A stretch of 64,000 nt of DNA. Origin: an uncultured Planctomycetota bacterium (GTDB taxonomy: Bacteria > Planctomycetota > Planctomycetia > Isosphaerales > Isosphaeraceae). The notes beneath the pieces were generated by a model. It was not told where the DNA came from, did not search any database, and was given only the letters and a program-made list of their open reading frames with translations. The stretch spans positions 160,001-224,000 of the forward strand of contig CAWGMQ010000005.1 in NCBI GenBank assembly GCA_963823665.1, given 5' to 3'. A program made the translations under genes and the position numbers. This document shows, one piece after another, positions 19,346 to 29,594 of this stretch (its first letter is position 1; the number at the start of each line of letters is the position of its first letter).

Positions 19346-20470
19346 ATGAACTTCAGACGGATCCGCTTGGTGGGGCTGAGTCTGACAGCGGGTGTTGCGC
19401 TCGCCTGCATGCTTTCACAACCGGTGTGGGGACATTATTCCGAGTCAACTCAGGATGAACCGGCACAGCCCAAGCCCAAAGTCGCAACCGGCGAGAACGG
19501 TGCAGCGAGCATCCAGGCGATCGACGAGGAATACAACCGCCGGCTTCTGGAACTGGAAAAACAACGTCTGGAGAAGCTCGCCCAGCTCGCGGCACGGCAG
19601 CCCCCAAAGGAGTCTCTGGAAACCTACGAGCTGCTCTTTCGCCTCGCGATCGCCAACAACCTGTTTCGCGAGGCAGAGCCCATCGCCCACCAGGTCAAGA
19701 AAAGCGGCACCGCCTCCGCGTCTGTGAATTTCCTCGCAAATACCGTCGATATCATCGCTTCGGCCGACCGGGGAAACTTTGAGGAATCGTTAGCCGAGCT
19801 GAAATCGGTGATCGCCGCCCAATCCCAGAGCGGTCGGCCGGCCCAGGGCGCGCCGTCGCCGATCGACACTCGGGCGCTGCTCTCGATCTGCGAGGCATAC
19901 TACCAGCGCCTTCTGCACGGCGACCAATTCGAGCTCGCGCGAAGCGCCTTTCAATTCGTCCTCAAACAATCAGACAACGCGGCCGTCAAAGGCTACTGCG
20001 CCTCCCGGCTGAACCAGCTCGACATGATCGGCAAGCCCGCGCCGGCGATTCAAGGAACCGACTTGAGCGGCAATCCCATCGACCTGGGCGCGATGAAGGG
20101 ACAGGTGGTACTCGTCGTATTCTGGGCAAGCTGGTGCGCGCCCTGCTCGGCGGAGATTGCCTGGCTCGACAAGGCGTACACCGACCACGAGCCGCGCGGT
20201 TTCCGGATCGTGGGCATCAACCTCGATCCCCTCCAAAAGGATGGTCCCAAGCTTGAGACCGTGATGCCCAACATCAAGCATTTTCTGGTTGACCACAATG
20301 TTCGCTGGCCCAACCTGGTGAGCGGCGCTGGAGCTCAAGACTATGCGGCGGCGTACGGCGTCGCGGAAATCCCGATGAACGTCCTGATCGGCCGTGATGG
20401 CAACGTCATTCACCTCGACCTTTCGCGCAAGAACCTTGAAGCGTGCGTTGCGAAGGCGGTCGGGCGCTGA
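19346..20470 (+). CDS. Secreted TlpA/thioredoxin-like disulfide reductase with helical N-domain
   Basis: Signal peptide; GKPAPAI, VVFWASWCAPC, IPMNVLIGRDG. Confidence 0.88.
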   Translation: MNFRRIRLVGLSLTAGVALACMLSQPVWGHYSESTQDEPAQPKPKVATGENGAASIQAIDEEYNRRLLELEKQRLEKLAQLAARQPPKESLETYELLFRLAIANNLFREAEPIAHQVKKSGTASASVNFLANTVDIIASADRGNFEESLAELKSVIAAQSQSGRPAQGAPSPIDTRALLSICEAYYQRLLHGDQFELARSAFQFVLKQSDNAAVKGYCASRLNQLDMIGKPAPAIQGTDLSGNPIDLGAMKGQVVLVVFWASWCAPCSAEIAWLDKAYTDHEPRGFRIVGINLDPLQKDGPKLETVMPNIKHFLVDHNVRWPNLVSGAGAQDYAAAYGVAEIPMNVLIGRDGNVIHLDLSRKNLEACVAKAVGR

Positions 20471-20506
20471 ACTAGTGCCGGAGGATGGACGAGATTCTCT
20501 CGTGCG

Positions 20507-21231
20507 TCAGGGGTTGGCCGGCTGCACGTTCGCGGCGGCCGTCGCCGCCGGGGTGGCCGCCTGCGCGAGAGACTCGTAGAGCGACAGCAGAAACATGTGA
20601 AAGGTGTCGGCAATCCGTGGCGTTTCATGCGCACGCACATGCTGAAGCGCCGGCCTGCCGTAGTCGAGGAGTTTCTGCCGGGCGTCGGTGACTGACGCTA
20701 ACGCGGCGACGCCATTCTGTTTCGTTTCCTTCAGCACCGTGCTGCACGCTTGGTCGGAGATTTCCCGCTTCTGCTTCATGTCACCTTCGAGCGGGGCATC
20801 ACCCGGCCACACGAGCTTGTTGTCGGCGTTGTAAAAACTGGACAGCGGAAGGCTCGGGCTCTGCGGTGCCACTTCGCGCTCGCGAGCGCGCGGCCGAGCA
20901 GCGTAGCGGTATTGCGGGATTTCCCTGCGATCGACACTGTAACGATCGACAAAACCAGGATCCCGCAAATGGTTGATAAAAGAATTGGGGTTATTGGCGT
21001 TAACGTCGCGCGAAGGCGCATTGACGGGGCGGGAGGCGTCGATCAGCGACTTCGAGTAGAGGTAGCTCTCGGGTGTCGGCACCGGGCGAAACCCGAAACC
21101 TCCGTAGCCGAAGCCACCGAAGCCGCCACCGAACCCAAATTGGGCGTTTGCGCGCCGGGCAACCCTAGCAACACGACGGCAACGGCGAAGATTGCCGCGG
21201 CAAGCTTCCCCAGTCCGGTTCTCGAAGTCAT
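20507..21231 (-). CDS. Secreted Gly-rich hypothetical protein, frameshift near 21150
   Basis: MTSRTGLGKLAAAIFAVAVVLLGLPG.. joins (A)NAQFGFGGGFGGFGYGGFGFRPVPTPESYL if one base is added; continues as ORF 20507-21082. Confidence 0.7.
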
Positions 21232-21518
21232 CTCCAGTTCCTCACCGCGAGCCGGCCAAGAGATTCGACACGGCGCACGGAAACTCATTTGGCGGCTTCC
21301 AGTGGTCTCCTTTATTCTACAACAGGAACGACTCCCGACCAGTACCAAGGGAGCAAATGCAAGAATCCGCCCTGAACGCCCGGGCCAGCTCCGGCACAAG
21401 CGCTCAGGGCGGATTCCTTCGCTGATCGGTCTCGGTTGTCCACGATCCGTTGGCAGTTGCTCGCCCGGCGCCGCTCAGACTGCCTTTCACCCAAATGGCC
21501 TCGGCGTCAAACCTCGAG

Positions 21519-22295
21519 TCACGTTCCGAACTCGGGGCGGCGCGTGGAGAGCTGAGATTGAAGTCGCTGGATGATCGACGAATGCATCTGCGAGACACGC
21601 GACTCGCTCAGGTCCAGCGTCGCACCGATTTCCTTCATGGTTAATTCTTCGTAATAGTACAATATAATTATGAGGCGTTCGTTGCGTGAGAGCCCCTTGG
21701 TCACCATGCGCATCAAGTCTTTGCGCTGGAGGCGGCGGGTGGGGTCTTCACCCTTCTTGTCCTCGAGAATGTCGATCTCGCGGACGTCCTTGTAGCTATC
21801 GGTCTCATACCACTTCTTGTTCAGACTGATCAGGCCGACGGCGTTTGCATCCATCGCCATCTTCTCGAATTCTTCCATCGGCAGACCCAGAAGCCCTGCC
21901 AGCTCGTTTTCAGTGGGAGGCCGGCCGAACCTGGCTTCGAGCTCCTTGCGGGCCTCTTCCATCTTCGTGGCCTTGGAACGCACCAGTCTGGGAACCCAGT
22001 CCATGGTCCGCAGCTCATCGAGCATTGCTCCGCGGATTCGCGGCACGCAGTAAGTCTCGAATTTCACGCCGCGGGTGAGGTCGAAGGCGTCGATCGCATC
22101 CATCAGCCCAAACACCCCGGCCGAGATCAGATCGTCGAGATCGACCCCCTCGGGAAGGCGCTGCCAGATCCGTTCGGCGTTATATTTGACCAGCGGCAAG
22201 TAGCGTTCGACTAGATGATTTCTCAAGTCCGTGGTGGGGTGCTCCTTGAACTCCCGCCAGAGTTCGGTTACATCCACATCCACCTTTGTTGACAT
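21519..22295 (-). CDS. fliA: FliA/WhiG family sigma28
   Basis: DDLISAGVFGLMDAIDAFD, KFETY, RIRGAMLDELRTMDWVPR, LYYYEELTMKEIG, SESRVSQMH. Confidence 0.95.
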   Translation of the reverse strand: MSTKVDVDVTELWREFKEHPTTDLRNHLVERYLPLVKYNAERIWQRLPEGVDLDDLISAGVFGLMDAIDAFDLTRGVKFETYCVPRIRGAMLDELRTMDWVPRLVRSKATKMEEARKELEARFGRPPTENELAGLLGLPMEEFEKMAMDANAVGLISLNKKWYETDSYKDVREIDILEDKKGEDPTRRLQRKDLMRMVTKGLSRNERLIIILYYYEELTMKEIGATLDLSESRVSQMHSSIIQRLQSQLSTRRPEFGT

Positions 22296-22703
22296 CCTGA
22301 CCTCCATGTCGGCTGCGCGAGAGGCGGCACTTCCTGTGCAAAAAGGGCCTTCACGTCACGTCGCATGCCCAAGAGCGGCTCATCTTGGCCGCAAGTCGCA
22401 AGTCTCGACGTGTCCCGACCCGGTAGACCCTCGCGAAACCGCAAGAATCGACCTGCCAGGCCCTTCTCCTCTCGCCATCCAGGGAACTCCCACCCGATTT
22501 GGTATCGGACCGCTTGCTCAATCGGCTTGAGTGATATCATCACAACAACCCGAAAAATCGACCCGAACGGCCTCCTCGCCTCTTTAATTTGGCGCACTCG
22601 CGCCCAATCACGACACGCTCTCCCATTACCTCTCCCCCTTCCAGACGGCTCGTTCCTGAGAACGGCTCGCCCGCGTCGACAGTCGAATCGCCCGCCTTGT
22701 TCG

Positions 22704-23660
22704 TCAATCGCCCCCCCCTCCGCGCGAGAGCAAGAATCGGGCCTCGAGGGCGGCCCGTATCCCCCCTCCCTTCTTTCGATCCGGTGGATACCTCTCCACG
22801 CAGAGCGCCCGCGCGATGCGCCGCATGCCGCGCGATGCCGCCGCGGACGGATACGCCGTCATGAAGGGACGCCGGCCGCGGACGGCCAGCGGCACGTGGG
22901 AATCGAGCCGAATGAACCCCGGCCCAAGAGGCGCAACCACCGCGCCCCGGAATTGCCGACTGATGTTGATAATCTCATCAAGAACTTCCACTCCCTCGGC
23001 GTGCGACCGTGCCTGGTTGACAAGAACTCGCACCCGCGCGATCCGCAACTCGTGGAACCGCCTGATCGCTGCATGAGCATCCGCCAGCGAGGTCGGCTCC
23101 GTCGTGCTGACCACGACGACGTCGTCGGTTGCCGCCGCCAGACACGCAGCTCCCGAGCCCAGCCCCGAGCCTGCGTCAATCACAACGAAGTCGAAGTCAA
23201 GGGCGACCTCCTTCACTTCGCGCGCCAGTCGCTCCGCCGCATCGCCCAGATCGTTCAGGCTCGTGCGGGCTGCATGCGCTCCGGGCACCACGCGGATTCC
23301 GCAGTGCCCATCCACGATGGCATCCGCGATTTCGCACCGGCCTTGCAGCACGTCGCCCAGATCATAGCGCGGCGAAAGCCCGCCCAGGAGATCGAGATTC
23401 GCCAGCCCCACGTCGCCGTCCAGAACCAGCACGCGCTGGTCCATCTCGCCGAGCGCGATCGCCAGGTTCAGAACCAGGTTCGACGTCCCGACCCCGCCTT
23501 TACCGCTCGTGAAGAGCAAGCAATGTGCGCTCGCCGGCGCACTCGCCGTTTGAGCGCGCTCCCCTGCGCAGGATGTCCCGCCGCCGGGCAGTATGCCCGC
23601 ATCAGTTTGAGCCGGCTTGGCACCAACGAGCTGCCGCAGTTTTTCAGCCTGGTCCGACAT
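22704..23660 (-). CDS. flhG: FlhG/FleN (MinD-like) protein with degenerate P-loop
   Basis: MSDQAEKLR N-terminal motif, SGKGGVGTSN, DGDVGLANLD, IDAGSG, EPTSLADA; lies between flhF and fliA. Confidence 0.88.
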   Translation of the reverse strand: MSDQAEKLRQLVGAKPAQTDAGILPGGGTSCAGERAQTASAPASAHCLLFTSGKGGVGTSNLVLNLAIALGEMDQRVLVLDGDVGLANLDLLGGLSPRYDLGDVLQGRCEIADAIVDGHCGIRVVPGAHAARTSLNDLGDAAERLAREVKEVALDFDFVVIDAGSGLGSGAACLAAATDDVVVVSTTEPTSLADAHAAIRRFHELRIARVRVLVNQARSHAEGVEVLDEIINISRQFRGAVVAPLGPGFIRLDSHVPLAVRGRRPFMTAYPSAAASRGMRRIARALCVERYPPDRKKGGGIRAALEARFLLSRGGGGD

Positions 23661-23675
23661 ACGCACTCCTCATAT

Positions 23676-24824
23676 TCAACCCAGGTTTTCCTGTCTGAGG
23701 ATCAGGCGAGCCAGCCGCTTGCGGTCTGCCGGCTCAATGTCATCCGGAACGCCCTGGCCCGTCGTGATGTAGCTGACCGGACGGCTCGAAAGCCCCAGCA
23801 CCGAAAGCAGGCCGCCCAGGCTACCCGCCTCGTCGAGCTTGGTGAGAATGAGCCGGTCCACCTGGACGGTCGAGAAACGCTCCAGCGCCGACCGCAGGCT
23901 TCGCTCCCCGGCGACCGCACTCAAGACGAGATAAACCTCGTCCGGCCGTGCTTGCTGGAGGAACTCGGAGAGCTCGCGGATCTTCACTTCGTCACGAGGG
24001 CTTCTCCCGGCCGTATCGATGAAGACCAGGTCGACTGGCCCCAGCGCGTCGAGCGCTTGAGGCATCTCGCTTGGATCGTTCACAACCGCCAGCGGCAGGT
24101 CGATGATCTCCGCATAGGTCTTGAGCTGCTCGACTGCGGCAATCCGGTAGGTGTCCACCGTGATCAGCCCGACGCGCGCTCCCTGGGCAAGCTTCAGCGT
24201 CGCCGCCAGCTTTGCGACTGTCGTCGTCTTGCCCACCCCGGTCGGGCCTACCAGAGCCACTATCCTCCGCGTGCCCGCCACCGGCCGGATCGGCGGCGCA
24301 ACCGGAATGCACTCCTCCACCGCAGTCGATAAGGCCGCGCGAATCATGTCGGGGTGCGCCAGATCTTCCGGCTCGAGCGCGTCGGCGACGAACTGCACGA
24401 GACGACGGCAGAGCACCTCGGGAACGTCGGCCTCGATCAATTGCGAGTAAGTCGGTACGAGCGCACCCGGCAGGTCCGGAAGCAGGTGCTCGATATGCCC
24501 GTGCCGGCTCAGGCTCTCGACCATCGCATGCAGCTTCCCCAGCTCTTCGCCAAATTGCACATGCATTCCGGACGGAGCTTGGGCTGCGTGCCCCTCGATC
24601 GACGAAATGACCTTGGGCACCCCACGGCCTTCGCGGTTCGCCGCGGCGTCGGCGGGCATCGTGTCGCTGGCCGTCACCTCCACCGAAGACCGCGGGCCCA
24701 GACCGAACAGGCGCCGCCGGCGCACCTCCCGAGCGGAGAGGATCACCGCGTCGCCGCCTAAGTCGCGGCGCACGCGTGTCATCGCCTCCTTCATCGTGCT
24801 GGCTCGGTACGTTTTCGAGCGCAT
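23676..24824 (-). CDS. flhF: SRP-type GTPase FlhF
   Basis: N-terminal KTYRASTMKEA..VRRDLGGDAVILS; GPTGVGKTT, DTYRIAAVEQL, DTAGRS, TKLDE, GQGVPDDI. Confidence 0.95.
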   Translation of the reverse strand: MRSKTYRASTMKEAMTRVRRDLGGDAVILSAREVRRRRLFGLGPRSSVEVTASDTMPADAAANREGRGVPKVISSIEGHAAQAPSGMHVQFGEELGKLHAMVESLSRHGHIEHLLPDLPGALVPTYSQLIEADVPEVLCRRLVQFVADALEPEDLAHPDMIRAALSTAVEECIPVAPPIRPVAGTRRIVALVGPTGVGKTTTVAKLAATLKLAQGARVGLITVDTYRIAAVEQLKTYAEIIDLPLAVVNDPSEMPQALDALGPVDLVFIDTAGRSPRDEVKIRELSEFLQQARPDEVYLVLSAVAGERSLRSALERFSTVQVDRLILTKLDEAGSLGGLLSVLGLSSRPVSYITTGQGVPDDIEPADRKRLARLILRQENLG

Positions 24825-24876
24825 TAACCCGGCCTTTCCGCTGTGTATGAACCGGTTTCGACCGGCGAGCTTTCAT

Positions 24877-27111
24877 TCATACAAGGGCCTCTGTCGTGGT
24901 GTAGGTCGTCACCACTTGCGGCTCTTCCTCGACCACCTTCCCCAGGATCTCGAGCGGCGTATCCCGCGGAATCTCGCGCTGAGAAAGGACCACCAGCCGC
25001 GGCAAGTCGGCCCGCGTCAGGTCTTTGAGCACGGCGCGAGCTGCGGCCGTCGTCAGGATCACCGGCGGATACCCTCCCTCGATCAGCGTGCTGACGGCTT
25101 CCGCGACAGCGTGCACGATCGCTCGGGCTGTTTCTTCACCCAGCGACTCGGCTGGTCGTGCCTCGCCCTGGCTCGCCGCGGCCAGCCGATCATCAAGCCG
25201 CGCGCCCAGGGCAGCCACCCGCAGGCGGCCATCCGGCCCGCGGTACTTCTCCGTGATCTGCCGTGCCAGGCTCCGACGAACCTGCTCGGTCAAAAGATCG
25301 ACGTCCTTCGTCTTCGCGGCGTGCACCGCCAGCGTCTCGAGTATTGTCTCCAGATCGCGAATTCCCACGCGTTCTCGCAGCAGGCTCTGCAAGACGCGCT
25401 GGAGCTCGCCGGCGCGCAACAGCCCCGGCACAACCTCGGTCGCCAGCGTTGGTGCCGATGCGCGAACCCGGTCGAGCAGCCGTTCGACCTGCTCGCGAGT
25501 CAGGATCTCGTCGGCATGGCTCGCTACAATTTCGCCGAAATGGCCCGCGATCACAGCGGCCGTTTCGAGCACCCGGCAGCCCGCCAGCTCGGCAAGCTCG
25601 CGTCCGTCGGCGTGAATCCACACCGCCGGCTGGCCGGTCACGGGGTCAACGCCGTCGCGGCCGTCAGGGCGAGTCACCAACCCCGCCGGCGGCACGGCCA
25701 GCAGCCGGCCCGCATGCGCGACCCCCTGCCCGACCACCATCCCACGAATCTTGACACGATACTCGTGTGGCGCGAGTCCGACTTGATCGTGAATCCGTAC
25801 CTGGGGAACGATCAGGCCCATCTCGCGGGCCACCCGCTGACGCACCGTCTTGAGCAGGTCAAGCAGGTTCCCGCCGCGCGTCGGGTCGGCCAGCCCGATC
25901 AGCCGGAAGCCGATCTCGAGCTCGAGCGGATCGACGTGCAACAAGTCCTCCATCCGGTCCGAACCCGCATCCGGCTGCGTGGCACCCGCCGCTTGCACCG
26001 ATTTGCTGCTCTTGGGACGAGCCGCGATCAAAGGCGATCGTTCATCGGCCCGCCCGGCTGGCAAAGCCACCGGTCGCGAGCCCCCTGCCGGAAGGCCTTC
26101 GTCAACTGCATAATCGTCGCCGCGACGAATGCCGCCGGCGATCGCCGCGGCCCCGAGCGCACCGCCCAGCGTCAGAAGCGGCACCTTTGGCAGCGGCGTC
26201 AGCGCCATGAAACCCAGGAACGCCGCGGCGGTTCCCAGCACGGCCGGCTTCGAGAACAACTGGACGGTCACATCCTCGCTCAAGTCCGTCGACGACGACG
26301 ACCGGGTCACAATCAGCCCCGCCGCCAGAGAGATCAAGAACGCCGGAATCTGGCTGACCAGGCCGTCGCCAATCGTCAGTTTCGTGAATACATTCACCGC
26401 ATCGCCCAAGCTCATACCGTGATTGATGACGCCCAGGAACAGACCCCCGACAATATTCACCAGCAGGATCACCACACCCGCAATCGCATCCCCGCGCACG
26501 AACCGGCTCGCCCCGTCCATCGCCCCGAAGAAATCGGCCTGACGGTAGACGCCCTCCCGGCGCCGGTGCGCCTCGTGCTGATCGATGAGCCCGGCTTGCA
26601 GGTCCGCATCGATCGCCATCTGCCGACCCGGCAGCCCGTCCAGCGTGAATCTCGCCGCCACTTCGCTGATTCGCGTCGCCCCCTGAGTGATCACCACAAA
26701 CTGGATCACGACCAGGATCGAGAACAGGATCACCCCCACGATCACCTGATCACCCGCGACAAATGAGCCAAACGTCTTGATCACATCACCCGCCGCATTC
26801 ACGCCTTCCTCGCCGCCTTTGGTCAGCACCAGCCGCGCCGTCGCCACGTTGAGCACCAGCCGGGTCAGCGTCGTCACGAGCAGGATCGTTGGAAACGCGC
26901 TGAACTCCTGGGGCGTGCGAATCGCCAGCGTGGTCAAGAGCACCACCACCGCGATCGTCAAATTCGCCGATAGAAGGACATCGAGCACCCCCGCGGGCAC
27001 CGGGACGACGAGCACAAGGATCGCGCCGATCAAGGCAACCGGCATCACCAGTCCGCGGAGGTAACCTCCGGCGGAACCGGCTTCACTCGCGCTCGGCGTT
27101 CTGGGAGGCAT
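24877..27111 (-). CDS. flhA: Export gate protein FlhA
   Basis: FSAFPTILL, RLVLNVATARL, RISEVAARFTLDGLPGRQMAIDADL, FFGAMDGASRFVRGDAIAG, IGDGLVSQIP, LLRERVGIRDL; GGAGG RBS before ATG 27111. Confidence 0.95.
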   Translation of the reverse strand: MPPRTPSASEAGSAGGYLRGLVMPVALIGAILVLVVPVPAGVLDVLLSANLTIAVVVLLTTLAIRTPQEFSAFPTILLVTTLTRLVLNVATARLVLTKGGEEGVNAAGDVIKTFGSFVAGDQVIVGVILFSILVVIQFVVITQGATRISEVAARFTLDGLPGRQMAIDADLQAGLIDQHEAHRRREGVYRQADFFGAMDGASRFVRGDAIAGVVILLVNIVGGLFLGVINHGMSLGDAVNVFTKLTIGDGLVSQIPAFLISLAAGLIVTRSSSSTDLSEDVTVQLFSKPAVLGTAAAFLGFMALTPLPKVPLLTLGGALGAAAIAGGIRRGDDYAVDEGLPAGGSRPVALPAGRADERSPLIAARPKSSKSVQAAGATQPDAGSDRMEDLLHVDPLELEIGFRLIGLADPTRGGNLLDLLKTVRQRVAREMGLIVPQVRIHDQVGLAPHEYRVKIRGMVVGQGVAHAGRLLAVPPAGLVTRPDGRDGVDPVTGQPAVWIHADGRELAELAGCRVLETAAVIAGHFGEIVASHADEILTREQVERLLDRVRASAPTLATEVVPGLLRAGELQRVLQSLLRERVGIRDLETILETLAVHAAKTKDVDLLTEQVRRSLARQITEKYRGPDGRLRVAALGARLDDRLAAASQGEARPAESLGEETARAIVHAVAEAVSTLIEGGYPPVILTTAAARAVLKDLTRADLPRLVVLSQREIPRDTPLEILGKVVEEEPQVVTTYTTTEALV

Positions 27112-27491
27112 CCTCTTCCTCCACCACCCTGAAACGTGCCGCGGGCTTCCTGCCCGGAATCGAAACGCACTTGCAAAGGAAAACGGCCCGAGGGCCGATC
27201 GACGTGCTTTGTTCAGGTGGCCCTCGGCCCAGCCAATCACGGCCGCTGACACCCACGTCCAACCGATCGTCATCGTCGGGCCCGCTGTTGCGGACCGTTC
27301 CGTCGACAGCCAGTCGGAGGTCCGCATTTGCGGACCCTACCAGGAAAACGAACGGGAAGTGCAGAGTGTTGAGACGTGTGGCGGGACGATACCGCCGATC
27401 GAGGCGTGTGTCCAGACCGAATGTGAAGACCACAGCACGCCGCCACGTCAGGTCGGAACGGGATTTCAGCCGAGCCATTCGCAGGTGCGCC

Positions 27492-28514
27492 TCAGGTAGC
27501 AGGCCAGATCGCCGCGAGGTCGGCGATCAGCTCCGCCGCGATCGCAGAGCCGGCCGCGGGCCGGACCGCCAGCCGCTGCGCCAGGAGCGTCTCTTCGATT
27601 TGAGGAAGGCTGCCTGCCTCCGCGCGCCTTCGCAGCCGCAAGCCCACCGCCCCCTTCGCGACCGTCCGCACCAACACCTTCCGCGGCGGCGGCCCGCCCG
27701 CCATCACCAGCGTCAGCCCGGCCGCGCCGTTCAACAGGAAGGCCGCACCGGCAAGCAGCTCAGGTGAATCGCCGCGCATCGATCGCGCCACGCGCTGGCG
27801 CTGCGCCCGAGCCGCCGGGTCTCCCTCCATCACCCGCTGGTCCTCCCGGTGCTCTTGCGTGCTCGTTCGCAGCATGGCCTCGAAACGCCGGTACCTGAGC
27901 ACATAATCGAACAATCCCAATGTCAGCAGCGCCCCGCCCAGAATACATGATGTGCGCAGCACGATATGCCCCGCAGCCGCCGCCAGCTTCGGCCCTTCAA
28001 GGTGGCTCTGAAGCAGGAAATCACCCCAGCTCCCCCGGAGCACCCATACCGAGCCGACGACCAAGACAATCCCTTTCGCCACCGACCACGAAGATTGAAC
28101 GAGTCGCGTGGAAAGACCCTGGCCGTTCGAGAACCTCCACAGACGCTTCGGGTCCGGAACGATCTGCGAAGGCGCCCACAACCCACGAACCTGGGCCTGA
28201 TGTGCCGCGACGGACGCAACGGCGAAACCGCCCAGAATCGCCGCCATCGGCCACGCCAACCCTAGCGCGAGCCTGCGAGTATGAGTCGCGACAGCCAGGG
28301 CATCACCGGGTAATTGGGCCGGATGCACCAGCGATTCGCGCACCGCTCCCGCCAGCGCCACCGCCAGATCATGCCCGAAGAATCCCAGCAACGTCACCGC
28401 CGCCAGCCAACCCACCGCCGCCGTCAGCTCCGGGCTGTGCGCAGCCTGCCCCTGCTCCCGCGCCATCTGGCGCCGGCGTTTCGAAGGCGGCTGCGTACGG
28501 TCCTCAGACATCAT
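27492..28514 (-). CDS. flhB: FlhB/EscU-like export protein lacking the NPTH motif
   Basis: EDRTQPPSKRRRQMAREQGQAAHSPEL, four TM segments, STQEHREDQRVMEGDP; C-domain present but NPTH absent. Confidence 0.88.
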   Translation of the reverse strand: MMSEDRTQPPSKRRRQMAREQGQAAHSPELTAAVGWLAAVTLLGFFGHDLAVALAGAVRESLVHPAQLPGDALAVATHTRRLALGLAWPMAAILGGFAVASVAAHQAQVRGLWAPSQIVPDPKRLWRFSNGQGLSTRLVQSSWSVAKGIVLVVGSVWVLRGSWGDFLLQSHLEGPKLAAAAGHIVLRTSCILGGALLTLGLFDYVLRYRRFEAMLRTSTQEHREDQRVMEGDPAARAQRQRVARSMRGDSPELLAGAAFLLNGAAGLTLVMAGGPPPRKVLVRTVAKGAVGLRLRRRAEAGSLPQIEETLLAQRLAVRPAAGSAIAAELIADLAAIWPAT

Positions 28515-29285
28515 CGAAAATTGCTTTCATACGTCTGCCAAACGTGCGTGACCATCGCAAACAGGGTTGTCAGACTGAGCAGAATCAGGACGACGCCGAT
28601 CAGCGTGCGGATGGGCAGCGCAAGTGCGACAAACGGCAGCGACGAAGCCGCTCGGCTCAGCCATCCGATGATGATTCCCGCCAGGCACAGTGCCACCGCG
28701 ACCGGTGCCGCCGCCTGTAGCGCCAGCTCGAGCGCATGGCCAAGCTGTGCGAACGCGGCGCGGCCAGTCTCGGTTGAGATCACCAGGCCGCCAGCGGGCA
28801 CGGCCTGATAGCTGTCGATGAGAACCTTGACCAGGATCATCGGGCCGCCGAGCCCCAGAAACGCCACCACGGCAATCCACCCGTAAAGCCGGCCCAGTGG
28901 GCCGATCTCCTCGCCGGTCTCCGGGGTCCAGCAGCGTCGAGGTCGAAAGACCGGCCTGTGCGGCCACCAGCTCACCGCCCATCCTGACTCCGGCAACGAT
29001 CGTGGCAGCGAGATAGCCCAGCACCGCCCCGGCAAGCAGTTCCAGGAACGACAATGACGCCACGCTCTGCCAGCTTGCGGGGGCAACGATCGTGGGCTCG
29101 ATCACCGGAATCAACACCAGAGCGAGTGCCGCGGCCAGCCCGATCCGAAACCGCCAATCGAGCTCCGGAATCGCCAGCCCCGGCGCCGTCAGGCACAGCC
29201 CCAGCACACGCGCAAGCACAAGTGCACCCGCCGAAGCGTGCCCGAGCAGCCAGAACCAGTCGAGCTCACCGCTCTCCCAAGGCAC
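28511..29285 (-). CDS. fliR: FliR, probable 1-bp frameshift in the run at ~28923-28926
   Basis: LVLARVLG..APG, RFRIGLA, ELLAGAVLG, GGELVAAQAGLS in one frame; DPETG..FLGLGG..LQAAAP..LPIR in the next. Confidence 0.85.
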
Positions 29286-29323
29286 AACTCAGGTCTCCCG
29301 AAGCAGAATCGCACATATTCACG

Positions 29324-29590
29324 TCAAAGCATTTCAGGAATCGACCTGAACAGTTCCGCAGCGAACGAAACCCAGCGGCTCAAGAGCCACGGCAGAATCA
29401 CCAGCAGCACGAGTGCAACGCCGACCAGCCGGGGTACCAGCGCGACGACCGGCTCATGCAACTGCGTCAGCGTCTGCCCCACGTTGACCAGCAACCCCAC
29501 AACGAGAGCCGCAGCCAGCAGCGGCCCACCCAGCAGCAAGATCATCCGCAGCGCTTTGCGCGTCCAGTCGATCGCATGAGTCAATTCCAC
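29324..29590 (-). CDS. fliQ: FliQ
   Basis: GTG start; ILLLGGPLLAAALVVGLLVNVGQTLTQLHEPVVALVPRL; 88 aa. Confidence 0.9.
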   Translation of the reverse strand: MELTHAIDWTRKALRMILLLGGPLLAAALVVGLLVNVGQTLTQLHEPVVALVPRLVGVALVLLVILPWLLSRWVSFAAELFRSIPEML

Positions 29591-29594
29591 TTGA

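Noticed and set aside
22365..26766. 655-aa and 719-aa plus-strand ORFs
   Set aside because: Antisense shadows of flhG/flhF/flhA in GC-rich DNA, with Arg-rich non-globular translations.
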